This document shows positions 50,072-59,767 of a stretch of 64,000 nt of DNA, one piece after another. A model generated the notes under the pieces. It saw only the letters and a list, made by a program, of their open reading frames with translations. It ran no database searches and was not told where the DNA came from. The stretch is from an uncultured Planctomycetia bacterium (lineage in GTDB: Bacteria; Omnitrophota; Gorgyraeia; Duberdicusellales; 4484-171): assembly GCA_964489445.1 (NCBI GenBank), contig CAZAYU010000001.1:146276-210275 (forward strand), in the 5' to 3' direction. Both the position numbers and the translations under genes were made by a program. Numbering within the stretch: position 1 is the first letter of the stretch; every line of letters starts with the position of its first letter.

Positions 50072-50986
50072 TTAAGCTCGTGGATGCGCTTTTTCATATA
50101 CTGCTTTAAGTGAATTAATCGTTAAGTGGGTATATACTTGAGTAGTTGCTATGCTTGAATGGCCTAAAAGCTCTTGAACACTCCGCAGGTCAGCACCACG
50201 ATTAAGCAAATGCGTTGCAAATGAATGACGAAAGGTGTGTGGAGAAATTTTTACAGACATTGCCGCTTCGTTGATATACTTATAAATAATTCCTCTTACC
50301 CCCCGATCGCTTAGGTTACCGTAACGCTTGTTCACAAATAAATATTTATTACTGTCTGTTCGTTTATCTAAATAGTTTTTAATACTGTTAATTGCCGGCT
50401 CACCTAAAGGGAGCAATCTTTCTTTCCTCCCTTTGCCTTTTACTTTAACAAATCCACTAATTAAGTCTACATTCTCAATTTTTGAGGAAACCATCTCCGA
50501 AACTCTAGCGCCAGTAGAATATAAAAATTCAAGAATGGCCTTATCGCGCAACACTAGGACTCCTGTTCCTTTCGGAAGCTCCAGTACCGCTTCTACTTCT
50601 TTTTCTGTCATGAATTTGGGCAACGGTTTATCCAAGCGAGGATAAATCAATGTATCTGCCGGATTATTTTTAGTTATCTGCTCTCGGACAATAAATTTAA
50701 AAAAACTTTTTAGCGTTGAAATTTTTCGAGAAAGCGTCCGCTTACTTAATCGCTTTCCGCTAAGCAAACTTAAAAATTTTCGGAGAAGAAAATAATCAAT
50801 ATCCTTTACATCTTTTCCTCCTTGAGATCCTAAAAATAAATCAAACTCATTAAGATCAGTTCTATAATTTTTAACCGTATGCCCAGAATAATTCTTTTCG
50901 ATGGCTAAATAATTTAAGAATTTATTAGTATAATAAGAAAAAGGTATCATTACTTTGTTTATTCCATATATAAATGTTAGAAACAC
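50072..50986 (-). CDS. xerC: tyrosine recombinase XerC/XerD
   Basis: C-terminal HTFRHSFATHLLNRGADLRSVQELLGHSSIATTQVYTHL catalytic R-H-R-Y region. 304 aa. Confidence 0.85.
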   Translation of the reverse strand: MFLTFIYGINKVMIPFSYYTNKFLNYLAIEKNYSGHTVKNYRTDLNEFDLFLGSQGGKDVKDIDYFLLRKFLSLLSGKRLSKRTLSRKISTLKSFFKFIVREQITKNNPADTLIYPRLDKPLPKFMTEKEVEAVLELPKGTGVLVLRDKAILEFLYSTGARVSEMVSSKIENVDLISGFVKVKGKGRKERLLPLGEPAINSIKNYLDKRTDSNKYLFVNKRYGNLSDRGVRGIIYKYINEAAMSVKISPHTFRHSFATHLLNRGADLRSVQELLGHSSIATTQVYTHLTINSLKAVYEKAHPRA

Positions 50987-51026
50987 AAAAAATTTAATCT
51001 ACTGCCAAGAAAACATTACTTAGAAC

Positions 51027-53012
51027 TTAAGTGCCTTCTCCTTCAGCTTCTTCATCTTTTTCTTCGTTATTGTCTTCAGGAAGATTACGAGAGGTATAAG
51101 TACATTTTGGAAATTTACTACAACCATAAAAATTCTGTCCTCTTCTATTTCTCCTCTCAATTAACTCCCCTTCTTCACATCCCGGACATTTAATCCCGCT
51201 GGTAATACTTTCCGCATAGCGACATTTCGGAAAAGTTTCACAACTTAAAAATCTCCCTCTTCTTGACCACTTTACAACTAGCCGCCCATTACAATCAGGA
51301 CAAAATTTATCTGAATACTCTATTTCTTTAGTAATAGTTGCCAGTGTATTTTTAACTTTTTCACTAAAGGCAGGATAAAAGTCTTTAAGAATGCTGTTCC
51401 ATTTTATCTCACCTTGCTCAACCTTATCTAACTCGGACTCCATAAATGCCGTAAACCCTTCATTGATTACATCCGAAAAAGACCCAACAAGAAGATCATT
51501 GACTTTAATACCTAAAACAGTAGGTTTAAAAGCTCTTTTTTCCCGACGAGCATAATTACGGGCAATCAATGTATTAATAGTCGGAGCATAAGTCGACGGT
51601 CTGCCGATCCCTTTCTCCTCAAGTAATTTAACTAAAGAAGCATCATTATAGCGAAAAGGAGGCTTAGTTACATGTTCTAGCCACTTTAAATCATTCAAAA
51701 TAACTGCTTTTCCTTTGACTAATTCCGGAAGCTGACTCTCCTCTTTTTCTTCAAAAGATCCAAAAGCTTTCAGGTATCCACGGAAAAGTACTTTTCTTCC
51801 CGTTACTTCAAATTGAGCATCTTGAGAAATAATACGTACTTTAGTGTTTTCGAATAACGCTGGAGACATAAAACCGACAATAAATCTCTTCCAGATCAAC
51901 TCATAAAGCCTGCGCTCTTCATCATTTAAACTATCCGGTAGATCATTTGGTGTTCTATAGACATTAGTAGGTCGTATAGCTTCATGAGCTAGCTGAGCGC
52001 CTTTCTTTTTCGGGTAGTGGTATTCTTTATCAAACAGATATTCTTTACCAAAGGTCATCTCAATAAAACTACGTGCCTCTTTTTTTGCTTTCGGGCTCAC
52101 ATGAAAGGAGTCAGTTCTCATATAAGTAATTAGCCCTTCACTCTTATCCTCAACCTTAACCCCCTCATACAATTTCTGCGCAACAAACATGGTTTTTTGC
52201 GCAGAAAATTTTAAACGATTAAAAGCATCCTGCTGTAAAGAAGATGTAATGTAGGGAGGCGGCGGTTTCTTCTTGCTCTCTTTTCTAGTTATATTCTTTA
52301 CACGAAATTCTTGCTCCTTAATTTTTCCAATACAATCAATAACGTTTTGCTTATCCTTAAAAATCGCTTTTTCGCCTTTATATTTATCAAGTTTTGCCTT
52401 AAAGAGAATGCTCTCTGATTTAAATTCAGCTTCTGCGCTAAAGGTAGTTTGAGGAATAAAATTTAAGATTTCTTTTTCACGATCTACAACAAATTTTAAA
52501 GCAATTGACTGAACTCTTCCCGCAGACAACCCACGCACTATCCTTTTCCATAATAGCGGAGAAAGCAAATATCCCACTACTCGATCAAGTAATCTTCTGG
52601 CAATCTGCGCGTCGACTTTGTGCATATCTAAGCGCCCTGGTTTTTTAAACGCTTTTTTCAGAGCATCTTCGGTTATTTCATGGAAAACCACTCTGCAGAA
52701 TTTCTTTCCTTTTTGTGGAAGTCTTTCTTTTATGTGCCAGCTTATCGCTTCTCCCTCCCGATCAGGATCAGTGGCTAAATAAATAATTTTTTTATTTTTG
52801 GCTTTACTCTTTAGCTGATTAACAATTTTTTCTTTGCCGGGAATAATTCGGTAAACCGGTTCAAAATCATTTTCCACATCCACAGAAAGCTTGTTGGTAG
52901 GTAAGTCTACTAGATGCCCCATAGAGGAGACCACCTCGTACTCTTTACCTAATATCGAAGATATTGTCTTTGATTTTGTAGGTGACTCGACAATTACTAA
53001 ATACTTACTCAT
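51027..53012 (-). CDS. topA: DNA topoisomerase I
   Basis: N-terminal Toprim (LVIVESPTKSKTI, DPDREGEAISWH) and C-terminal Zn ribbons (CPDCNG, CPGCEEG). 661 aa. Confidence 0.9.
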   Translation of the reverse strand: MSKYLVIVESPTKSKTISSILGKEYEVVSSMGHLVDLPTNKLSVDVENDFEPVYRIIPGKEKIVNQLKSKAKNKKIIYLATDPDREGEAISWHIKERLPQKGKKFCRVVFHEITEDALKKAFKKPGRLDMHKVDAQIARRLLDRVVGYLLSPLLWKRIVRGLSAGRVQSIALKFVVDREKEILNFIPQTTFSAEAEFKSESILFKAKLDKYKGEKAIFKDKQNVIDCIGKIKEQEFRVKNITRKESKKKPPPPYITSSLQQDAFNRLKFSAQKTMFVAQKLYEGVKVEDKSEGLITYMRTDSFHVSPKAKKEARSFIEMTFGKEYLFDKEYHYPKKKGAQLAHEAIRPTNVYRTPNDLPDSLNDEERRLYELIWKRFIVGFMSPALFENTKVRIISQDAQFEVTGRKVLFRGYLKAFGSFEEKEESQLPELVKGKAVILNDLKWLEHVTKPPFRYNDASLVKLLEEKGIGRPSTYAPTINTLIARNYARREKRAFKPTVLGIKVNDLLVGSFSDVINEGFTAFMESELDKVEQGEIKWNSILKDFYPAFSEKVKNTLATITKEIEYSDKFCPDCNGRLVVKWSRRGRFLSCETFPKCRYAESITSGIKCPGCEEGELIERRNRRGQNFYGCSKFPKCTYTSRNLPEDNNEEKDEEAEGEGT

Positions 53013-53077
53013 TTTTTATTATTCAACTCCTATTTTTATGCACGCTACTATACACCTTACACTAACTACTTTTATCA

Positions 53078-53950
53078 TCAATATTTTAGCTCCTCCACTA
53101 TATCCTCTAAGCAGTCAACAAGCTTGGCACCTTCCTTAATTAACGCATGGGTTCCTTTGCTAAAAGCAGAGTTTATACTTCCAGGTATTGCAAAAACTTC
53201 CCGGTTTTGCTCAGAAGCTAAATGAGCCGTTATTAAGGCACCACTCCTTTTAGCTGCTTCAATAACCAGCACCCCTTTAGACAATCCGCTAATAATACGA
53301 TTTCGACGAGGAAAATTTTCTTTTAGTGGAGACATCCGAAGTGGAAATTCAGATATCACCGCTCCCTGCCGGGAAATATTTTCAGCAAGCAGTTTATTCT
53401 CTCTAGGATAAATGTTAAGCAACCCACTCCCTAAAACAGCAACACTTTTATACTCCCTAACTGCTTCCTGATGAACCATAGTGTCGATACCCATGGCTAA
53501 ACCAGAAACTATAACTATTCCTAACTCGGATAATTGTCGAGAAAAGCTCTTAGCCACAGAAATGCCATAAGTTGTAGGTTTACGACTTCCTACTATTGCA
53601 AACAAATCTTCACTCAGCACATTCCGATTCCCCTTAAGATAAATGACCAACGGGGGAGAACCTATTTCTTTCAAAAGCAAGGGATAATCTTTGTCAAAAA
53701 TATCAATGCATTCTATCCCTTCCTTCTCTATTAATTCCCATTCCTGTTCTAGAAACGAAGAATTACGCAAAGAAATTATTTTTTCAATATCACTCTCAGT
53801 TAAAGAAACAATCTGGCGTAAATCACTGTATTTTGCTTTAAATATTTCTTCACTACCCGAATAAGCCTTGATGACTGCCTTAAGTTTACGAAAAGGAAGA
53901 TCTAAAAAATTAAAAAAAATTGAACTTTTTTTTGCCACACTTATTCTCAA
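53078..53950 (-). CDS. dprA: DNA processing protein DprA (Smf)
   Basis: IVGSRKPTTYG...IVSGLAMGIDTMVHQ Rossmann-like DprA core. 290 aa. Confidence 0.85.
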   Translation of the reverse strand: MRISVAKKSSIFFNFLDLPFRKLKAVIKAYSGSEEIFKAKYSDLRQIVSLTESDIEKIISLRNSSFLEQEWELIEKEGIECIDIFDKDYPLLLKEIGSPPLVIYLKGNRNVLSEDLFAIVGSRKPTTYGISVAKSFSRQLSELGIVIVSGLAMGIDTMVHQEAVREYKSVAVLGSGLLNIYPRENKLLAENISRQGAVISEFPLRMSPLKENFPRRNRIISGLSKGVLVIEAAKRSGALITAHLASEQNREVFAIPGSINSAFSKGTHALIKEGAKLVDCLEDIVEELKY

Positions 53951-54516
53951 CTAGATATTTTAGAATTAATGAGTTCCTCACTACCTAGAATACGGATAAT
54001 TTCACTAGCAATATCTTGGGGTAACATACTTTCCGTATCAATTACATGATGAGCTTGTTTATAGTAGCACTCTCTCTCTTCCAACAACTCCTTAATTTTG
54101 TCTAAAGGATCGTCAACACTAAGAAGAGGCCGTTGATCATCGTTGCGTATTCTTTCATAAATTATCAAAGCAGACGCCTTAAGAGAAAAAACTATTCCTG
54201 TGCTTTTGAGTGTTTTTAAGTTATCTTCACTGCAAATCATTCCTCCGCCACAGCTTACCACTAAGTTATCTCTTAGCGACAACTCCCCGACAACCTTCTT
54301 TTCCAGTGCTCTAAAGTAAGGCTCTCCTTTCTGAGAAAAAATATCAGCAATTTTTAATCCCTGTTTATCTTCAATAACTTTATCAGTCTCGACAAATTCC
54401 CGAGCTATCTTTTTAGCTAAAACCTTTCCTGAAATGCTCTTGCCGGTACCCATAAAGCCAGTTAAATAAATATTTTTCATAGATAATATTATGGCGAGAA
54501 TAAAAGATTTTGTCAA
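53947..54516 (-). CDS. aroK: shikimate kinase
   Basis: IYLTGFMGTGKSISGKVLAK P-loop. 189 aa. Confidence 0.8.
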   Translation of the reverse strand: MTKSFILAIILSMKNIYLTGFMGTGKSISGKVLAKKIAREFVETDKVIEDKQGLKIADIFSQKGEPYFRALEKKVVGELSLRDNLVVSCGGGMICSEDNLKTLKSTGIVFSLKASALIIYERIRNDDQRPLLSVDDPLDKIKELLEERECYYKQAHHVIDTESMLPQDIASEIIRILGSEELINSKISS

Positions 54517-54608
54517 GCAGGAGCCTATTGTAAAACGTTAGCCAAAACTTATGTGGCTGATATTTTCCTTGCAAAACACGCTTTAGAATATTATAAGCAA
54601 TTTTTCGC

Positions 54609-55781
54609 TCACTTAACTGATTTTCCGTACCTTTTAATCAAATCAAGGGCGATTATTGATCTTTGAATCTGGTTAGTACCTTCATAAATTTGAGTAATTT
54701 TAGCATCACGCATAAATTTCTCTATAGGGTAATCACGCATATAGCCATACCCTCCATATATCTGGACAGCATTAGTAGTTACTTCCATGGCCACATCAGA
54801 AGCAAACATCTTTGCTGCTGCGCTAGCTGGCCCAATATTTTTAATACCTCTATCAACCATCGAGGCAACACTGTAAACTAAGCTTCTGGCTGCTTCGGTC
54901 TTTGTAGCCATATCCGCAAGCATCCACTGAATACCCTGAAAAGAACTTATTGTTTTACCAAATTGAACCCGCTGATGAGCATATTTAACCGCTAATTCTA
55001 GTGCCCCCTGAGCAATACCTAGCGCCTGAGCAGCTACACCAGGCCGAGATTGATCAAATGTTTTCATTGTTGCAATAAATCCAGTGCCTTCTTTACCGCC
55101 AAGCATATTCTCCATCGGAACTTTTACATCATTAAAAATTAATTCTCCGGTTGAAGAAGCTCTAATCCCTAGTTTTTCTTCTTTTTTACCAAAAGTAAAC
55201 CCGGGCATTCCTTTTTCTAAAATAAATGCCGACATTCCCCTTGGACCCCTATTCTTATTAGTAACCGCAATTACTGTATAAATCTGTGCATCCCCGCCGT
55301 TGGTGATAAAATGCTTTGTTCCGTTAAGAATGTAATAATCACCATCTTTTTTCGCTGTTGTCTTTACTCCAGCTGCATCCGAACCCGCCTCCGGCTCAGT
55401 TAAAGCAAAAGCAGTCAAGTTCTTTCCCGAAGCAATATCCGGTAAATACTTTTTTTTCTGTTCTTCTGTACCGTTAATTAGAATCGGAAACATTCCTAAA
55501 TAAGAAGCAGCGTAAGCAGTGGCCACGCCTCCATCAACCCGGGAAATCTCCTCAGTAGCAAGACATAAATCCATAAGATTGCCACCCATTCCGCCATATT
55601 GCTCTGGTATACATAAAGAGAATAAATCCGACTGGCCTAAAATTTTAATAATATCTGCAGGAAATTCTTCTTTTTCATCAAGCTCCCGAGACCTAGGCCT
55701 TATCTTCTCTTCAGCAATCTGGCGGCATAAATCACGCAGCATTTTTTGGTCATCGCTTAATGGATAGTCAATCATAAACAT
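54609..55781 (-). CDS. acyl-CoA dehydrogenase (butyryl-CoA dehydrogenase-like)
   Basis: ACAD family pattern (AFALTEPEAGSDA, QIYGGYGYMRDYPIEKFMRDAKITQIYEGTNQIQR). 390 aa. Confidence 0.85.
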   Translation of the reverse strand: MFMIDYPLSDDQKMLRDLCRQIAEEKIRPRSRELDEKEEFPADIIKILGQSDLFSLCIPEQYGGMGGNLMDLCLATEEISRVDGGVATAYAASYLGMFPILINGTEEQKKKYLPDIASGKNLTAFALTEPEAGSDAAGVKTTAKKDGDYYILNGTKHFITNGGDAQIYTVIAVTNKNRGPRGMSAFILEKGMPGFTFGKKEEKLGIRASSTGELIFNDVKVPMENMLGGKEGTGFIATMKTFDQSRPGVAAQALGIAQGALELAVKYAHQRVQFGKTISSFQGIQWMLADMATKTEAARSLVYSVASMVDRGIKNIGPASAAAKMFASDVAMEVTTNAVQIYGGYGYMRDYPIEKFMRDAKITQIYEGTNQIQRSIIALDLIKRYGKSVK

Positions 55782-55940
55782 TTTAAGCCTCCTTTCTCTA
55801 AAAAAATATTTATTTCCAAACGATAAATAACTATTTTAGAGGTAAATTGTAACCGTAAATCCGATATCTGTCAATTTTTTTCTATTAAGGATCTTACTAC
55901 TACATAAATATTTCACACTTTATTTGATGCACTTTAGCTG

Positions 55941-55982
55941 ATCACATATTAATTGTCAAAGCCCATTAATGTGTGATATAAT
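55941..55982 (+). promoter_or_regulatory. promoter with extended -10 (TTGTCA -18 nt- TGaTATAAT) embedded in a 13-bp-arm inverted repeat
   Basis: TTGTCA at 55953-55958. TG-n-TATAAT at 55974-55982. Inverted-repeat arms ATCACATATTAAT (55941-55953) and ATTAATGTGTGAT (55964-55976) have one mismatch. Confidence 0.5.
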
Positions 55983-56025
55983 TGCATAGATTACACATAA
56001 AAAACATTATAAAGGGAGGGAAAGA

Positions 56026-57435
56026 ATGATGAATAAAAAATTAATACTTTGTTTATTGTTAATACCTATATCTTTATTGATACTTCCTATCTCTTCTTTT
56101 GCCCAAACAACCATCCCTGAAGAAAGAATTACAGTTATTACTTATTATCCTGCGCCTTTTGGTGTATACAATGAATTACGATCAAAGAGAATGGCAATTG
56201 GCAATACATATTATGATCCAGCAGGATTTTGCTTTGATGATGGAACAGGAAACTGTGACCCTGCTTTACAAATAGAAATTCCTCAAGGAACCGACTTAGT
56301 AATAGAAGGAAATGTGGGAATTGGCACTGTAGACCCTAAAGAACAGCTTAGCGTACATAGTGGCACAACACAAGGGCAGATTCATATTTCAGGGGTTTCT
56401 GATGGCGGGCTTACTTATTCTGCAGTTTATTTGCACGATAATACTGCGGATAATTGGAATAATTGGGTTTTGACTCATAAAAACGGAACCGGGGATGTAA
56501 TGGAGAATGATTTTTGGCTTTCCTATTGGAATGCTGCGGGCGTTCTAGAAACTCCTTTTGCAATTGATCATGAAAGCGGTAATATAGGTATTGGAACCAC
56601 TGTCCCTTCGTACAATTTGGATGTTGCCGGAGAAATTAATGGTTCAGATGGTGGAAGTAGGGTTGGTCTTTTAGCACATCCCAATTATCCAAGTTTATTT
56701 ATCGTTAGTTACAGTAATGAACCAAGTCATACAACGGATTCAGGTAATGGTGGGCATCCGGTAATTCATACATATGATATCGGTGGGACAGTCACTTCTC
56801 CGTCAAATACCAAAAAAAATAATCCGATCTTATCTCTTGTTGGTTCGGGTTATTACAGCCCGACCCAAGCAGTACAAGCAGCAAGATTGCAATTTGTTAC
56901 TGAAGATAATTTTAGTTCTTCACATGCTAAAACAGCAATTGTTTTTTATCCCGGAAATAAAGTTATTACTATGGGTGACGGAAAAGGGTCTTATCTAGAA
57001 GCGCTAAGAATTACCAGCCAGGGAGCAGTAACTTATAAACCTAGAAATACTGCACCACTTGCATCTGGCTCGGCAGCACCTGGCTTAGAAGGCAGCCTTT
57101 ATTACAACAACGGAACTGGATCAGAAAGCGAAGGTTTTAAATACCATGATGGAGACAATTGGAAGGATTTTGGGGGAAGCTCAACCGGATGTGATGAAAC
57201 CTGTTCATACTACAGAAGCGGTTCAGATTCTCTGCCTTGCGTAAAAAAAGATGAAAGTAACTGTTCCAAATTAGGCTATACCGGAGGGTGGAATACTAAA
57301 CCTATTGAAGGTTACCAAAGCTGCGGAAGAGTTATCACGGTTAATACCGGACCATCAACCGACCAACAACACTATAGCTATGTCTGCGGTACTACAGGTT
57401 GGGTTTTAACTGGATACGGCGAAACTCACTACTAA
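56026..57435 (+). CDS. secreted Cys-rich protein with tail-fibre-like GNVGIGT repeats (469 aa)
   Basis: Signal peptide (LLLIPISLLILPISSFA). Two copies of a GN[VI]GIGTxxP...L.V motif. The C-terminal ~90 aa holds 8 Cys. It is one of only two plus-strand genes in the window (the other is yqeY). Confidence 0.6.
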   Translation: MMNKKLILCLLLIPISLLILPISSFAQTTIPEERITVITYYPAPFGVYNELRSKRMAIGNTYYDPAGFCFDDGTGNCDPALQIEIPQGTDLVIEGNVGIGTVDPKEQLSVHSGTTQGQIHISGVSDGGLTYSAVYLHDNTADNWNNWVLTHKNGTGDVMENDFWLSYWNAAGVLETPFAIDHESGNIGIGTTVPSYNLDVAGEINGSDGGSRVGLLAHPNYPSLFIVSYSNEPSHTTDSGNGGHPVIHTYDIGGTVTSPSNTKKNNPILSLVGSGYYSPTQAVQAARLQFVTEDNFSSSHAKTAIVFYPGNKVITMGDGKGSYLEALRITSQGAVTYKPRNTAPLASGSAAPGLEGSLYYNNGTGSESEGFKYHDGDNWKDFGGSSTGCDETCSYYRSGSDSLPCVKKDESNCSKLGYTGGWNTKPIEGYQSCGRVITVNTGPSTDQQHYSYVCGTTGWVLTGYGETHY

Positions 57436-57552
57436 ATAAAACTTTATTTATTAAAGCCATACTTACCCTACTTCTTTAAAAATCAATACTCATTTTTGAT
57501 ATAAAGGTTATTTTTTTAATTCTGATAACTTTTATTAGATTGCAATCAAGAA

Positions 57553-58788
57553 TTAAGCACGAGCTAAATTAGAAATAATTTCTGTTAAGGTAGGATGAAT
57601 AAATAAGCATTTTTTTACATCTTGCAGTGTAAGTTTATTTTTAATACACAACGACATCACATTGATTAGTTCTCCGGCTGATTCTGAAATTATTCCGGCA
57701 CCGATTATTCTTTCTTGCTCATCAACAATCAACTTTATAAACCCGTCATTGTCCCCATAAACAACAGCAGAAGAGACTTTTAGAAAACTTGACTTTATTA
57801 CTTTACACTCAATTCCCTTTGCTTCAGCCTCCTCCTCTAATATGCCCGCCTGAGCAATTTGGGGACAAGAAAACACACATTCCGGCAAACCATAATAGTC
57901 TTCTTTGTCTATCTGTCCGGCAATGTTTTTAAGACAAATTTCCGCTTGATACTCGGCAGTATAAGCATAAAGTTTTTTTCCGTTAATATCGCCACAAGCA
58001 TAGATATTACTAATATTGGTTTTCATGAATTTATCCGTATTTATCCAGCCTTTATCATTCAATAAAATATCGGCATTCTTTAGCTGCAGATTATTCGCAT
58101 TCGGTTTACGTCCTAACGCTGAAATCACTAAATTAAAATCATCCAAATTATACTCAGCTACATCTTGTGATGTTTTTATGTTCAGCCCTCTTTTTCTTAG
58201 GATTGTTTGAAGACGCTGAGAAAGATAGCTATCAAAACCAGGAAGAACACGATTTTCTTTTTCAATCAATAAAACATCTTTGTTGAAATTATGTAAAAGA
58301 CAACTGAATTCTATTCCTATTGCCCCGGCGCCAACTACTAAAATTTTATCCGGCAATTCTTCTACACCAAATAAATCTTGTGCGAAAATAACTTTAGAGT
58401 GGTTTATCAAGCTTTTAGGCGATGAACCTCCCGCAATAACAATATACTTTGCAGCGACCACCTTCTCATCCACTCTCAGCGTAGTATTGTTTAAAAATGA
58501 AGCTTCCCCCCAGAAAAAATTAACACCTTGTTTTTCTAAGAAAGAAGTAAGCGGAGATTTAATTTTTTTTATAATCTCTCTACTACCCTCCAGGCAATTT
58601 TTCCAGGATTGATTGGTTCGTGAAGCTTTAAGAAGAAATTTTGTCGGAATGCACCCTTGGTTTAGACAGGTTCCACCTAAAGTTTCAGGATTTTTTTCAA
58701 TTATGACTGTTTTTAACTTATATTTTAAAGCGTTTTTTGCGCAGGCAATTCCTGCTGGCCCTGAGCCAATTATTGCTAAATCATACAT
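57553..58788 (-). CDS. FAD-dependent pyridine nucleotide-disulfide oxidoreductase, dihydrolipoyl dehydrogenase-like
   Basis: DLAIIGSGPAG. Redox-active GGTCLNQGCIPTK. C-terminal HPTLTE. 411 aa, shorter than typical Lpd. Confidence 0.75.
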   Translation of the reverse strand: MYDLAIIGSGPAGIACAKNALKYKLKTVIIEKNPETLGGTCLNQGCIPTKFLLKASRTNQSWKNCLEGSREIIKKIKSPLTSFLEKQGVNFFWGEASFLNNTTLRVDEKVVAAKYIVIAGGSSPKSLINHSKVIFAQDLFGVEELPDKILVVGAGAIGIEFSCLLHNFNKDVLLIEKENRVLPGFDSYLSQRLQTILRKRGLNIKTSQDVAEYNLDDFNLVISALGRKPNANNLQLKNADILLNDKGWINTDKFMKTNISNIYACGDINGKKLYAYTAEYQAEICLKNIAGQIDKEDYYGLPECVFSCPQIAQAGILEEEAEAKGIECKVIKSSFLKVSSAVVYGDNDGFIKLIVDEQERIIGAGIISESAGELINVMSLCIKNKLTLQDVKKCLFIHPTLTEIISNLARA

Positions 58789-59693
58789 TTTTTAAATGCT
58801 TTTTCCGCTTTTTTTAATTCTTTTTTCTCACGGGCCGATATTTTCAACTCAATAATTCTCTCAATCCCCTTCCGGTTAACAACGCAAGGAACGCCCAGGC
58901 AAGCATCAAATATTCCGTATTCTCCGTTTAAATACACAGAAACTGGAATAACTTTATCGGCATTATTGCAAATTGCCTCAATTAAACTGCAACAAGACAG
59001 CCCTGGAGCAAAGTGAGCGCTGCGATTCTTTAGGTGACCAACAATCTCTGCACCACGATATTGTACTTTTTGTTTTATCTCTGCTATTTTATCCTTATTG
59101 AAAACCTGAGCTATCGGCTTGTTTTTTATTTTAATCTGCTGCGCATCAACAATCATCTGATTATTGTGCGGACCGTAAATACATCCGGTCATTTCCGCTA
59201 TCGGATGCTTAGAATGCTTATAAAGAATATTCAGTAGTCGGTTAGTATCTAACGAAGAGCCCATTCCAAACACCTGATTACGATTAAATTTAGTTTCCTT
59301 CAAAAGCGTATACGTAATAACATCCAAAGGATTACTGACCGCAATCACTATTGAGTTGCAAGCTAAGCTTTTAATTTCTAACGCAGTAAGCCTGGCTATT
59401 TCCTTGTTAATTTTTAAAAGATCCGCTCTTGTCATTCCTTTTTTTCGAGGAATCCCAGCGGTTAAAACTACAATGTCTGAATTTTTAATTGCTGTATATT
59501 TGCTTGAACCTTTGATGCTAGTTGAAAATTTTAAAATCCCCCTTGTGTCTTCTAAGTCTTTAGCTACACCTTGGGCTAAACCCGGACAAATATCCACCAA
59601 AGCAAGCTCTCGGGGCGGAATTCGATTTAGGATACTAAATGCTAAAGTAGAGCCAACATTTCCGGAACCAATTATCGAAATTTTCTTAATCAT
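58776..59693 (-). CDS. mdh: malate (LDH-like) / L-lactate dehydrogenase
   Basis: KISIIGSGNVGS and GIPRKKGMTRADLL. 305 aa. Malate versus lactate specificity is not resolvable by eye. Confidence 0.75.
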   Translation of the reverse strand: MIKKISIIGSGNVGSTLAFSILNRIPPRELALVDICPGLAQGVAKDLEDTRGILKFSTSIKGSSKYTAIKNSDIVVLTAGIPRKKGMTRADLLKINKEIARLTALEIKSLACNSIVIAVSNPLDVITYTLLKETKFNRNQVFGMGSSLDTNRLLNILYKHSKHPIAEMTGCIYGPHNNQMIVDAQQIKIKNKPIAQVFNKDKIAEIKQKVQYRGAEIVGHLKNRSAHFAPGLSCCSLIEAICNNADKVIPVSVYLNGEYGIFDACLGVPCVVNRKGIERIIELKISAREKKELKKAEKAFKKCMI

Positions 59694-59767
59694 TAGTTGA
59701 ATTTATTGGTTTTATATATTAGCGTGCCAGTGTCAGGATAAAAGAAAACATAACACATGAATACAAT

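Noticed and set aside
50072-50986. XerC/XerD-type tyrosine recombinase as a marker of a mobile element or integrated island
   Set aside because: It sits in the conserved dprA-topA-xerC housekeeping arrangement. No direct repeats, phage genes or IS elements flank it. It is interpreted as the chromosomal dimer-resolution recombinase.
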